Below, piece by piece: positions 47,504 to 56,188 of a stretch of 64,000 nucleotides of DNA. The DNA is from Methanomassiliicoccaceae archaeon. GTDB taxonomy: Archaea > Thermoplasmatota > Thermoplasmata > Methanomassiliicoccales > UBA472. The stretch covers positions 131,681-195,680 of the forward strand of contig CAWGZX010000003.1 of assembly GCA_963827135.1 (NCBI GenBank), read 5' to 3'. A program made the position numbers and the translations under genes. The notes under the pieces were generated by a model. That model ran no database searches. It saw nothing but the letters and a program-made list of their open reading frames with translations, and was not told where the DNA came from. Every line of letters begins with the position of its first letter. The stretch's first letter is position 1.

Positions 47504-48326
47504 TGGCCGAGCCGACCTCTCTTACGGTGGCGCCCCATGGGACCACCGCCAAGTCGCCCTCGATCTCGAAACCCTCCCGCACCTTGCAGCATTTCACGAT
47601 GCGCTTGGCGCCGTCCTTGGGCACAAGCTCTCTCGGGCACATGCTCACGAACTCCTTTGGTGCCTTGTGGTATATATTCTGGAAGATGCGCTTCGAGAGG
47701 TCGCAGCCGATCAATGTTACATCACCTCGGAGGTCCGGCGTCTCATCCAAGTACATGACCTCCTTGTTCGAAGCGATGCCCGATGCCCGGCAGGGGAACA
47801 TCACCGAGGAGGTTGGGACGCCCTTCTCTAGCTGGTTAAGGTCAACAGTACGGACGAGGGGCACAATCGCCTTGTCGACCAGACCGGCCGCCAACGCCTT
47901 CTCGACCAGCACCGACAGCTTCGCGGGGAAAGGAGGGACGACGTCGAAGACCACCAGGTCCTCTCCCTCGTCGGAATGGATGAAGGAGACGTGGTTGAAC
48001 AGCCCTTGGACCACCACGTACTTGCCCTTATGGCCCCTGGCCAACCTCGCCATGCTGGAGCGGTTCAGGACGTCCATGTCCTCGTCCTTTACGAACACAG
48101 TGTCCTTAGGGAGGGCCACCACCTCCAAAGACCTGATGGGTCGGAAGAGCTCCTTGCCGTTCTCCTTCTCCACCTTGACGATGGCGAGCTCGTCCCGATG
48201 GCGAAGCACGATGAATTCGGTCCTGGTGTACGCCTTCTTGCCCTTCGCCCGCTCGATGATGTTCTCGGGGGTGAGGTCGAAGTCGACCTCGCGGACCGAA
48301 ACGTCCTTGCAATGGTCAGGTAGCAT
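47484..48326 (-). CDS. Conserved-looking hypothetical protein with dispersed Cys motifs
   Basis: About 280-aa ORF with host-like codon use; FPC, IGC, MCP, KCC motifs; VVPWGA end. Confidence 0.65.
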   Translation of the reverse strand: MLPDHCKDVSVREVDFDLTPENIIERAKGKKAYTRTEFIVLRHRDELAIVKVEKENGKELFRPIRSLEVVALPKDTVFVKDEDMDVLNRSSMARLARGHKGKYVVVQGLFNHVSFIHSDEGEDLVVFDVVPPFPAKLSVLVEKALAAGLVDKAIVPLVRTVDLNQLEKGVPTSSVMFPCRASGIASNKEVMYLDETPDLRGDVTLIGCDLSKRIFQNIYHKAPKEFVSMCPRELVPKDGAKRIVKCCKVREGFEIEGDLAVVPWGATVREVGSAINALFA

Positions 48327-48443
48327 CGAGCGAAGAAGCCCATACCCTTTCAAAACCCTTTGCCTTGGTCCATCACCGAGGCATCTGGTGCACCCCTTCC
48401 CGGAAAATTAGAAATACCAAGTATCCATTCTTCCGAATCGCCT

Positions 48444-48517
48444 GCCGGGATGACAGAGCGGCCATGTGGCGGACTGCAGATCCGCATACCCGTGTTCAAA
48501 TCGCGGTCCCGGCTCCA
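48444..48517 (+). tRNA. tRNA-Cys (GCA) with encoded CCA
   Basis: GCCGGGA/UCCCGGC acceptor, GCGGA-CUGCAGA-UCCGC anticodon arm, CCGUG-UUCAAAU-CGCGG T-arm, U73 discriminator, then CCA. Confidence 0.95.
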
Positions 48518-48579
48518 TTCCTCTTCTTCGTACGTTCGTTAGAAGCGCTTATCAAGCGGGCAAATCCCTAACTCATATC

Positions 48580-48996
48580 ATGCTGCGTGGCCGTGAGCTG
48601 GTGGAGCATGTCGTCGCCAAGCGGGTGCAGATGATAGCCAAGGAGGTGGAGCCCTGCTTCCCTGGAGCCTTGGCCACCTCGATCATCCAAGACGACGGTC
48701 GCGCCCACATCCTGATCGATTGGGAGGGAAGCACCATCGGCGAGGAATACGTTGAGACCGCAACCTCCTGGAACCATCCAGAGAGGCTTCTGGATTACCG
48801 CAAGGTGCTGGTGGGGAACCGGAAGCGACTCGTAATCCTCGTCCCGGAAAGGCACGCCAGGTCAGCTCGGTTGAAGATGATGGAGCTCAACCATTGGTGG
48901 CTTTTCTACTATCTGGTCTTCTCGTACGATCACGAGGGCAACATCAAGAAGGTGGGCCGCCCGATGTACTGCTTCCCTGAAAAGGGCTATGCCTGA
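48580..48996 (+). CDS. Hypothetical protein (possible degenerate PD-(D/E)XK-like fold)
   Basis: Start moved to ATG 48580 because the longer ORF overlaps tRNA-Cys; EYVET...Y....LVILVP pattern. Confidence 0.55.
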   Translation: MLRGRELVEHVVAKRVQMIAKEVEPCFPGALATSIIQDDGRAHILIDWEGSTIGEEYVETATSWNHPERLLDYRKVLVGNRKRLVILVPERHARSARLKMMELNHWWLFYYLVFSYDHEGNIKKVGRPMYCFPEKGYA

Positions 48997-49081
48997 AGCC
49001 TCATGAAGCTCGCTTGGGCTCGACCCTTCTCACCCTTTACACGACCGTGATCCCTGATGCATCGACCTCGCTCTGCATCCA

Positions 49082-49504
49082 TCACTTCTTCTTGCGCTTG
49101 GCTGCCTTGGGCACTTCCTTCTTGGCCTCTTCCAACTCCCACTCGTCGAAGAGCTGGGTGAGCCCCTTCTTCGCCACGGACCAGGTGGGCACCCCTCCCG
49201 TGAGCACCGCCACCTGCATCGCCTCCACGATCTCCGCCTTGGTTGCGCCATAGTTCTTGGCGACCTTCGCTTGGGGGTAGATGCAGTCTTCGCACATGCG
49301 CACGGCCACGCAAGCCAATGCGATCAGGCGCTTGGTCTTACGGTCCAAGGCTCCGTCGTTGACCATTATCTGATCCATGTCGCGGATCAGCACTGCCAGC
49401 TCTGGATTGTGCTTCTTGATGTGGTGCAAAGTGCCGGGGGTGTAACCGCACATCTTCTGATTGAGCTCCTTAACAGCCTTTTCCGCATCTTCCTTATTGG
49501 CCAT
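49082..49504 (-). CDS. Carboxymuconolactone decarboxylase/AhpD-like protein
   Basis: GALDRKTKRLIALA....CEDC.....A...GAT..EI.EA..VA...GG. Confidence 0.85.
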   Translation of the reverse strand: MANKEDAEKAVKELNQKMCGYTPGTLHHIKKHNPELAVLIRDMDQIMVNDGALDRKTKRLIALACVAVRMCEDCIYPQAKVAKNYGATKAEIVEAMQVAVLTGGVPTWSVAKKGLTQLFDEWELEEAKKEVPKAAKRKKK

Positions 49505-49625
49505 GAATCCTAGAACAATGCGCCTCGGTATTAAATCTAGCTTTTTTGGGCTCGAATCGGAGATGTCACCGGATTCGACTGGCTTTTATAGCGATGTCGC
49601 GCCTTATCAAATCGAGGTAGAGGGC

Positions 49626-51290
49626 ATGACCTTTCCTTCGGTTAGATTGACACTCTCCCTGCTACTGGGCGCATCCTTTCTCGGCATGGCGCTGCTTGGT
49701 GCCGTCCCGGCCCATGGCGAAATCGTTGCGATCGATGACCAGGTGGGGGTTGATGGGCCCTCGATATGGAGCAATGCCACCTCCCTGGAGCAGATCGGAG
49801 CCTCCTATTCGGCGTACCGATGTGCCGGGTCAGCTGGAGCCAATTCCTCCGCGGATTGGATCCTTTCCCGCTTCCAAGAACTGGGCCTGGAATCATGGAA
49901 GGAAGGGTTCGAGTTCCACGGTTGGGATCTGTCCTCGGACCCGACCTTGCGCATTACTTACAATAACGGATCGAGCCCTGAGGACGCTAATTTGACCTCT
50001 TTCGAGGCTGAGCACTTCAGCGCATCGACTCCGCCTGGGGGAGCTGAGGGAGAGGTCGTCATCCTGCCCCTGCCCTCCTCAAGCTCCTACAGCGCCTTCG
50101 CAAGCCTTTCCTTCGATGCCAGCAGCTGGCAGGACCTCAATATCCATGACCGAATCGTGCTCGTGGGCCGAGAGGTCAGATGGAACGCGGATTATGAGGC
50201 GGGGCTCGTCGAAAAGCTCCATGAGGGGCCTGCCGCCCTCGTGTTCTTCTACTCCCAGCCTTGGACCTCGCCGTTCGAGGTGATGTTCTCCGCATCCTCC
50301 GGCGGTCGGCCGTTGTCTGGATTTGGAAACTACTTCCACGATCTGAACGTTCCCGTGGGGAGCCTCAATGCCGAGGATGCGGATCGGGTCTTGGAGCGCC
50401 TGGACGAGGGGAACGTCTCAGGCCGCATAAGCATCGACTCCCGGGAGGGCGTTTGGACGCAGCAGAACGTCGTAGCATTCCTTCCGGGGGAGTCCGAGAG
50501 CCCGGAGCGGGTGCTGCTCACGGCGCATTACGACAGCGTGATGGACCCGGGGTTCTGTGACAACGCGGCCAGCGTAGCTACCATGATCGAGGTGGCGTCC
50601 AAGCTGGTGGCGATGAAGGGATCGGGCGACCTCGGCCATACTTCCTCCATCGTATTCATTGCATTCACCGGTGAGGAACTAGGCCTAGTTGGCTCCAATT
50701 ACTATTTCGCTATGCACGCCTCGGAGCTGGACCGGGTCAAGGCGGTCATCAATATCGATTGTCTAGGGGCGGGGACCATGACCAGGACGAGCACGGAGCC
50801 CTACCAAGGAGTGGACCTAGATGGCGTCGTGGATAGTTACGCCGACGAGGTTGGAATCGCATCCATCTTCGAGGACGGTTCATCGGATCATTCTTCTTTC
50901 ATATACCCGAACCAGGTCGCGATGCAGATAGATTCGCGCTGGGGCATGGGGCCGCAGATCGATCTTGATGCTGAGCCGGTGACCGGGTCCATTAGCATCT
51001 TCTCCGCGCCCCTGACCCTTCTTGACCCCTATCCTGCTGGGGTCCCTGGATGGATACACACCTCCCGGGACTCCTCATCCTTCTGCTCGTCGTCGGGATG
51101 GGTCACGGAAAGCAATTTGGAGGATCAGGGCAGCGTGGTCCTTGTGGTATGTCTGGATCTAATGGCGGTGGCTCAGAGCTCCGACGGGGTCGCCCTAGCT
51201 TTCACCCCAGTCCTGGCCGCTCTTACCGTATTGGTCGTGGCGGTGGCCATCTTGGTCGTGGTTTTATTGCTGAGGCGCAGGTCCCTTTGA
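49626..51290 (+). CDS. Secreted, C-terminally anchored M28 family peptidase with PA domain
   Basis: Signal peptide; AHYDS, DNAAS, GEELGL, NIDC, SDH, IHT..D; C-terminal TM + RRR. Confidence 0.82.
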   Translation: MTFPSVRLTLSLLLGASFLGMALLGAVPAHGEIVAIDDQVGVDGPSIWSNATSLEQIGASYSAYRCAGSAGANSSADWILSRFQELGLESWKEGFEFHGWDLSSDPTLRITYNNGSSPEDANLTSFEAEHFSASTPPGGAEGEVVILPLPSSSSYSAFASLSFDASSWQDLNIHDRIVLVGREVRWNADYEAGLVEKLHEGPAALVFFYSQPWTSPFEVMFSASSGGRPLSGFGNYFHDLNVPVGSLNAEDADRVLERLDEGNVSGRISIDSREGVWTQQNVVAFLPGESESPERVLLTAHYDSVMDPGFCDNAASVATMIEVASKLVAMKGSGDLGHTSSIVFIAFTGEELGLVGSNYYFAMHASELDRVKAVINIDCLGAGTMTRTSTEPYQGVDLDGVVDSYADEVGIASIFEDGSSDHSSFIYPNQVAMQIDSRWGMGPQIDLDAEPVTGSISIFSAPLTLLDPYPAGVPGWIHTSRDSSSFCSSSGWVTESNLEDQGSVVLVVCLDLMAVAQSSDGVALAFTPVLAALTVLVVAVAILVVVLLLRRRSL

Positions 51291-51355
51291 CGATAGTTAG
51301 GTTCAAGGCGGAAGTCAGCCATTCCTTTGCATCACCTGACAATGGGGGTTAAAAC

Positions 51356-52267
51356 TTGCTGCATGAGAGCATCCTAGGCACCATTGGCGGAACGCCTCTG
51401 GTGCGCCTGAAGAAGCTGCCCGCCGAGGGTTCGTCCGAGGTCTTCTGCAAGCTCGAATCCTTCAATCCGATGCATTCCGTGAAGGACCGCATCGCCTCGG
51501 CCATGATCGAGGACGCCGAGCGGTCGGGAAAGCTCAAACCCGGCATGTGCGTAATCGAGCCCACCTCTGGCAATACAGGCATCGGCCTGGCGATGGTCTG
51601 TGCCGTCAAGGGATACCCTCTCACATTGACCATGCCCGAGACCATGAGCATCGAGCGCAGGAAGCTGCTCAAGGCCCTCGGGGCGGAGATCGTCCTCACG
51701 CCGGGAAGCGAGAGGATGGATGGGGCCATCAAATGCGCCAAGGACCTGTGCCGCAAGGACAAGGAGGCCTTCATGCCCATGCAGTTCGAGAACCCGGCCA
51801 ATCCTCTGGCCCATAGGGTCACCGCGGCCGAGATCCTGAAGGACCTGCCCGATGTGGATATTTTCGTTGCGGGGATCGGGACGGGGGGTACGATCACTGG
51901 GGTGGGCAAAGCGCTCAAAGAGCACCGGCAGGACATCCGCATAATCGGCGTGGAGCCTGCTGCCTCCGCAATCCTGACCGGGGGAAGGCCAGGACCGCAT
52001 GGGATCCAAGGCATCGGTGCTGGTTTCGTGCCCAAGACCTTGGACCGCAGGGTCATCGACTGGATTTTCCCCGTCAGCGATGAGGACGCCAAGAGCACCG
52101 CAAGAGATCTAGCGAAGCGGGAAGGGATCTTGGCAGGGATATCTTCGGGCGCGGCATTGTGCATCGGCCTGCAGATGGCCAAGCAGTTCGGGCCCGGGAT
52201 GAAGATGGTGGTGCTGCTGCCAGACACCGGAGAAAGATATTTGAGCACGGACCTATTCCTAGAGTGA
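51356..52267 (+). CDS. cysK: Cysteine synthase A (O-acetylserine sulfhydrylase)
   Basis: [47 protein letters not shown]. Confidence 0.95.
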   Translation: MLHESILGTIGGTPLVRLKKLPAEGSSEVFCKLESFNPMHSVKDRIASAMIEDAERSGKLKPGMCVIEPTSGNTGIGLAMVCAVKGYPLTLTMPETMSIERRKLLKALGAEIVLTPGSERMDGAIKCAKDLCRKDKEAFMPMQFENPANPLAHRVTAAEILKDLPDVDIFVAGIGTGGTITGVGKALKEHRQDIRIIGVEPAASAILTGGRPGPHGIQGIGAGFVPKTLDRRVIDWIFPVSDEDAKSTARDLAKREGILAGISSGAALCIGLQMAKQFGPGMKMVVLLPDTGERYLSTDLFLE

Positions 52268-52271
52268 GGCC

Positions 52272-52934
52272 ATGAGCTGGAAGAGCGATTGGAAGGTGGA
52301 CGTTGAGACCGTCCTTGAGAGGGACCCGGCAGCCCGGTCCTACAAGGAGGCTCTCTTCTTCAGTCCGGGCCTTCACGCGATACTTTTGCATCGCTTCTCT
52401 CACAAAGCCTACCTCAAGGGCAACCTGATCACCGCGCGAATGATCAACTACCTCGCCCGCTGGCTCACGGGAGCGGATATCCACCCTGGAGCGACCATTG
52501 GCAAGGCCTTCTTCATCGACCATGCCTCGGGCGTGGTCATCGGCGAGACCTCGGTCATCGGCGAGAACGTATCCATCTTCCAGGGGGTCACCCTCGGAGG
52601 CGTCAGCTCGGAGCGGGACAAGAAGCGCCACCCCACCATCGGCGACAACGTGGTCATCGGGGCGCACGCCGTCATCCTGGGTGACATCCACATCGGGGAG
52701 AACACCCGCATCGGGGCGGGGAGCGTGGTGATCAAGGACGTGCCGCCCAACTCCACAGTGGTCGGCATCCCTGGCAAGGTCGTGAGGCGCGACGGCCTGC
52801 CGGTGAAGGTGGACATGCGCCACGACCAACTGCCCGACCCCTTGCTGGACGCCTTCTCGGACATGAACCACCACATGGTGGAGCTGGAGAAGCGAATAAG
52901 GGAGCTGGAGGACCAGCTCGCGAAGCAGAAGTAA
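52272..52934 (+). CDS. cysE: Serine O-acetyltransferase
   Basis: [14 protein letters not shown]...FIDH, GVTLGG..KRHPT hexapeptide repeats. Confidence 0.95.
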   Translation: MSWKSDWKVDVETVLERDPAARSYKEALFFSPGLHAILLHRFSHKAYLKGNLITARMINYLARWLTGADIHPGATIGKAFFIDHASGVVIGETSVIGENVSIFQGVTLGGVSSERDKKRHPTIGDNVVIGAHAVILGDIHIGENTRIGAGSVVIKDVPPNSTVVGIPGKVVRRDGLPVKVDMRHDQLPDPLLDAFSDMNHHMVELEKRIRELEDQLAKQK

Positions 52935-52971
52935 AATAATCGTACGCTGTTTGATGGTGCGAGGCGATGGC

Positions 52972-54369
52972 GTGTCCCTGAAGGTCTACAATACCCTGAG
53001 CAAGCGCAAGGAGGAGTTCAAGCCCATCCACGAGGGCAAGGTCTCCATGTATGTCTGCGGGGTGACGGTATATGACGACATCCACATGGGGCACGCGCGC
53101 AGCATGATCGTCTTCGACATGATCGCACGCTACCTGCGCTACAAGGGCCTCAAGGTCGACCATGCCACCAACTTCACCGACGTGGACGACAAGATCATCG
53201 TGCGGGCGAACGAGCAGGGGATACCGCCCCTGCAGCTCTCATCCTTGTACATCGACCGCTACTTCGAGGAGGCGGACGCGCTCGGCGTCAATCGTGCGAA
53301 TAGGTACCCCAAGGCCAGCGAGTACATTCCCCAGATAGAGAAGCTGGTAAGGGCCTTGGAGGAGAAGGGCTACGCCTATCGCACCGACGATGGCAGCGTG
53401 TACTTCTCCATGGACAAGGTGCGGGACTACGGGAAGCTGTCCGGAATGAAGCTGGATGAGCTCAGGGCGGGGGCGCGGATCGAGCCTGGCGAGGAGAAGC
53501 ACAACCCCATGGACTTCGCCCTGTGGAAGGGAGTGAAGCCCGGCGAGATCGCCTGGGACTCGCCCTGGGGGAAGGGGAGGCCGGGCTGGCACATCGAGTG
53601 CTCCGCCATGTGCATGAACCTTTTCGGCGACACGATCGACATACATGGCGGTGGTAACGACCTCATCTTCCCACACCACGAGAACGAGATATTGCAATCG
53701 GAGAGCGCGACCGGGAAGCCTCTGGCCAACTACTGGCTCCACAACGGCATGCTCACCGTTCAAGAGGAGAAGATGGCCAAATCCCTCAAGAACTTCTTCA
53801 CCGTACGCCAGGTCCTTTCCAAGCACAGCAAGGAAGAGGTGCGCTTCTACCTGCTCAACACTCACTACCGGGGGCCGCTCGGATACAGCGACGCGGCATT
53901 GGAGGAGGCAGCGTCGTCGTTGAGGAGGCTGCACAACACCTACGCCGAGCTGAGGTCGACCGCGGGCAGCGCCACCGGGACCGAAGGCACCGAAGGGCTG
54001 ATTGACAAGGCGCGGAAGGAGTTCGTAGAGAGCATGGACGACGACTTCAACTCGCGGGCGGCCATTGCCGCCATTTTCGATCTCGCTCGAGAGGCCAACA
54101 AGCTCATGAGCGAGGGCCGGCTGAGCAAAGAGGGCGCCAAGGGCGCCTGCCTCTTCCTCGAGGAGGTGGACCAGGTCCTGGGGGTCCTGCCGCCGCCTCC
54201 GGAGACCGAGGGCGAACTGGACGCGGTAATGCAAGTAATCATCGAGATCAGGAAGGAGCTGCGCAAGCGCAAGATGTTCGACCTGGCCGACCAGATCCGG
54301 GACAAGCTGGCGGCGCATGGGATCAAGCTGGAGGACACGGCGGAAGGGGCCAAATGGAAGAGGATCTGA
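52972..54369 (+). CDS. cysS: Cysteine--tRNA ligase
   Basis: YVCGVTVYD..HMGH, NFTDVDDKII, DFALWK, GRPGWHIECSAM, FPHHENE, KMAKS; start uncertain (52951-52972). Confidence 0.96.
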   Translation: MSLKVYNTLSKRKEEFKPIHEGKVSMYVCGVTVYDDIHMGHARSMIVFDMIARYLRYKGLKVDHATNFTDVDDKIIVRANEQGIPPLQLSSLYIDRYFEEADALGVNRANRYPKASEYIPQIEKLVRALEEKGYAYRTDDGSVYFSMDKVRDYGKLSGMKLDELRAGARIEPGEEKHNPMDFALWKGVKPGEIAWDSPWGKGRPGWHIECSAMCMNLFGDTIDIHGGGNDLIFPHHENEILQSESATGKPLANYWLHNGMLTVQEEKMAKSLKNFFTVRQVLSKHSKEEVRFYLLNTHYRGPLGYSDAALEEAASSLRRLHNTYAELRSTAGSATGTEGTEGLIDKARKEFVESMDDDFNSRAAIAAIFDLAREANKLMSEGRLSKEGAKGACLFLEEVDQVLGVLPPPPETEGELDAVMQVIIEIRKELRKRKMFDLADQIRDKLAAHGIKLEDTAEGAKWKRI

Positions 54370-55394
54370 GCGTCTGGGCCGTGAAGAAGGCCATCCTCCT
54401 CTCCCGGGGGCCGGTGCGGGTCGCACCTGAGCTCAAGCTGCCGGTCCGCCTCAGCAGGTCGACGGCGGGACCGGGTGCGGGGACGTCCGGGATCGCCCTG
54501 GGCTTCCACGGACATCGGGTGAAGAAGGCCATAGTGCGCGAGGGGGGCGACTTCGAGTTGGTCCAAGTGGACGGGCGCTTCGCGCTCCTCCTGGCCGGCG
54601 AGATGTTTCTGGACAAGGTGGAGGTCGTTCCGATCCTCTTCCATTCGCCGGAGCAGGCCTTCTTCAACATCGAGACCGAGTGCATTTACGACTGCAAGTT
54701 CTGCTCCTCTCGCCGCTTGGAGAAGAAGGTGACGAAGAACCTCACCCCAGACAAGATCGTGCAGATGATCGTCGACGCCTCGGGCCGGCCGGACTTCAAG
54801 GCCGTGGCCCTGACGAGCGCCGTGGTCAAGGACCCCAGCACCACCATCGAGAAGATGATCTACATAGTCAAGAGGGTCAGGGAGGAGCTTGGCCCCTCCA
54901 TACCCATCGGTGTGGAGCCGTATGTCGACGAGCTCGCCCAGATCGACTGCCTCAAGGAGGCGGGCGCGGACGAGATCAAGCTCAACCTGGAGACCTGGGA
55001 CCGGGGCATCTTCGTCAAGGTGTGCGGGGAGATGGACCAGGACTGGATAATCGAGGCCCTGGAGCATTCGGTCAAGGTCTTCGGGCGGGGCAAGGTCAGC
55101 TCTAACATCATCATAGGGATGGGGGAGAGCGATGAGAACGTGCTCGAGGGCGTGGAGCGATTGGCCCGAATGGGCGTTGTCGCCACACTTAGGCCGCTGC
55201 GCCTCAATGACCTCAACCGCAAGGACATGGAGCGATCATTGGGGAAGCTTGGGCCATTGAGCGAGGAGCGCCTTCTCCATCTGGCGAAGGAGCATAAGCG
55301 TATATTGCAGGAGAATGGGCTGAGCACCTTGACCTTCGACACCATGTGCAATGCCTGCACGTGCTGTGACATCGTACCCTTCCGCGACCTTTGA
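54354..55394 (+). CDS. Radical SAM protein (biotin-synthase-related, function unknown)
   Basis: CIYDCKFC motif; N-terminal RSTAGPGAG; C-terminal CNACTCCD; overlaps cysS by 16 bp. Confidence 0.85.
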   Translation: MEEDLSVWAVKKAILLSRGPVRVAPELKLPVRLSRSTAGPGAGTSGIALGFHGHRVKKAIVREGGDFELVQVDGRFALLLAGEMFLDKVEVVPILFHSPEQAFFNIETECIYDCKFCSSRRLEKKVTKNLTPDKIVQMIVDASGRPDFKAVALTSAVVKDPSTTIEKMIYIVKRVREELGPSIPIGVEPYVDELAQIDCLKEAGADEIKLNLETWDRGIFVKVCGEMDQDWIIEALEHSVKVFGRGKVSSNIIIGMGESDENVLEGVERLARMGVVATLRPLRLNDLNRKDMERSLGKLGPLSEERLLHLAKEHKRILQENGLSTLTFDTMCNACTCCDIVPFRDL

Positions 55395-55405
55395 TGCTTC
55401 GACGG

Positions 55406-55453
55406 TTTTAGGAAACCCTAAAATAGGATTATATACAAGTTAGGTATACCTAA
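55406..55453. promoter_or_regulatory. Two DtxR/IdeR-type operator palindromes flanking a TATA box
   Basis: ttttagg-aaac-cctaaaa at 55406-55423 and perfect ttaggtatacctaa at 55440-55453; ttatata at 55429-55435. Confidence 0.8.
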
Positions 55454-55459
55454 ATCTCG

Positions 55460-56173
55460 ATGCCGAGCGAGATAGTCGAGGAATACCTGGAGACGATCTA
55501 CGAGCTCACCGAGGACGGCGGTCCTGCGAAGACCAATGACATAGCGGTAAAGATGGGCGTCTCACCGGCCAGTGTCACCGAGATGGTGCAGCGCCTGGCC
55601 TCTGAAGGCTATCTGAGCTACGAGAAGTACAAGGGCGTGACACTGACTGAGGACGGTCTGCGCGTCGGAAAGAAGATCAAGCGCAAGCACCGCCTGCTGG
55701 AACGCTTCCTGGTCGACATCCTCGGCGCCAAGAAGGAGAATTTCCACGATGAAGCTTGTCGCTTGGAACACTCGCTCTCCGACGAGTCAGAGAAGCGCAT
55801 CTGCCTCCTCACCAACAATCCTAAGTTCTGCCCCGATGGGAATCCGATCCCTGAGTGCGACGACGAGGACTGCGCCCATTGCACCATGCCCATGGCCGTG
55901 CCATTGAGGGAACTGGAGGAGGGCGAGGCCGGGGAGATAACGCACCTCAAATGCGAAAACGCGTCCTACATCCGCAGGCTCGTCTCCATGGGCTTCGTGC
56001 CCGGGAGGAAGGTGACGCTCGAGGAGAGGGTGCCCATGGGTGGCCCGCTGCTCGTCCATATCGAGGAAAGCCGAGTGGCCCTGGCCCGCGAGTACGCCGA
56101 CCTGGTGATGGTTGAGAGAGAGCATCCGGGGGGGAAGAGGCGCAGGGTCAGGAACAGGGCGAGAGGCACCTAG
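55460..56173 (+). CDS. DtxR/MntR/IdeR family metal-dependent regulator with FeoA domain
   Basis: EEYLETIY, HTH SPASVTEMV, RKHRLLERFL, EACRLEH, CPDGNPIP, FeoA RRLVSMGFVPG. Confidence 0.92.
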   Translation: MPSEIVEEYLETIYELTEDGGPAKTNDIAVKMGVSPASVTEMVQRLASEGYLSYEKYKGVTLTEDGLRVGKKIKRKHRLLERFLVDILGAKKENFHDEACRLEHSLSDESEKRICLLTNNPKFCPDGNPIPECDDEDCAHCTMPMAVPLRELEEGEAGEITHLKCENASYIRRLVSMGFVPGRKVTLEERVPMGGPLLVHIEESRVALAREYADLVMVEREHPGGKRRRVRNRARGT

Positions 56174-56188
56174 GCGTAATTGGGGCGA

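Noticed and set aside
48466-48579. N-terminal part of ORF 48466..48996
   Set aside because: Overlaps tRNA-Cys; start reassigned to 48580
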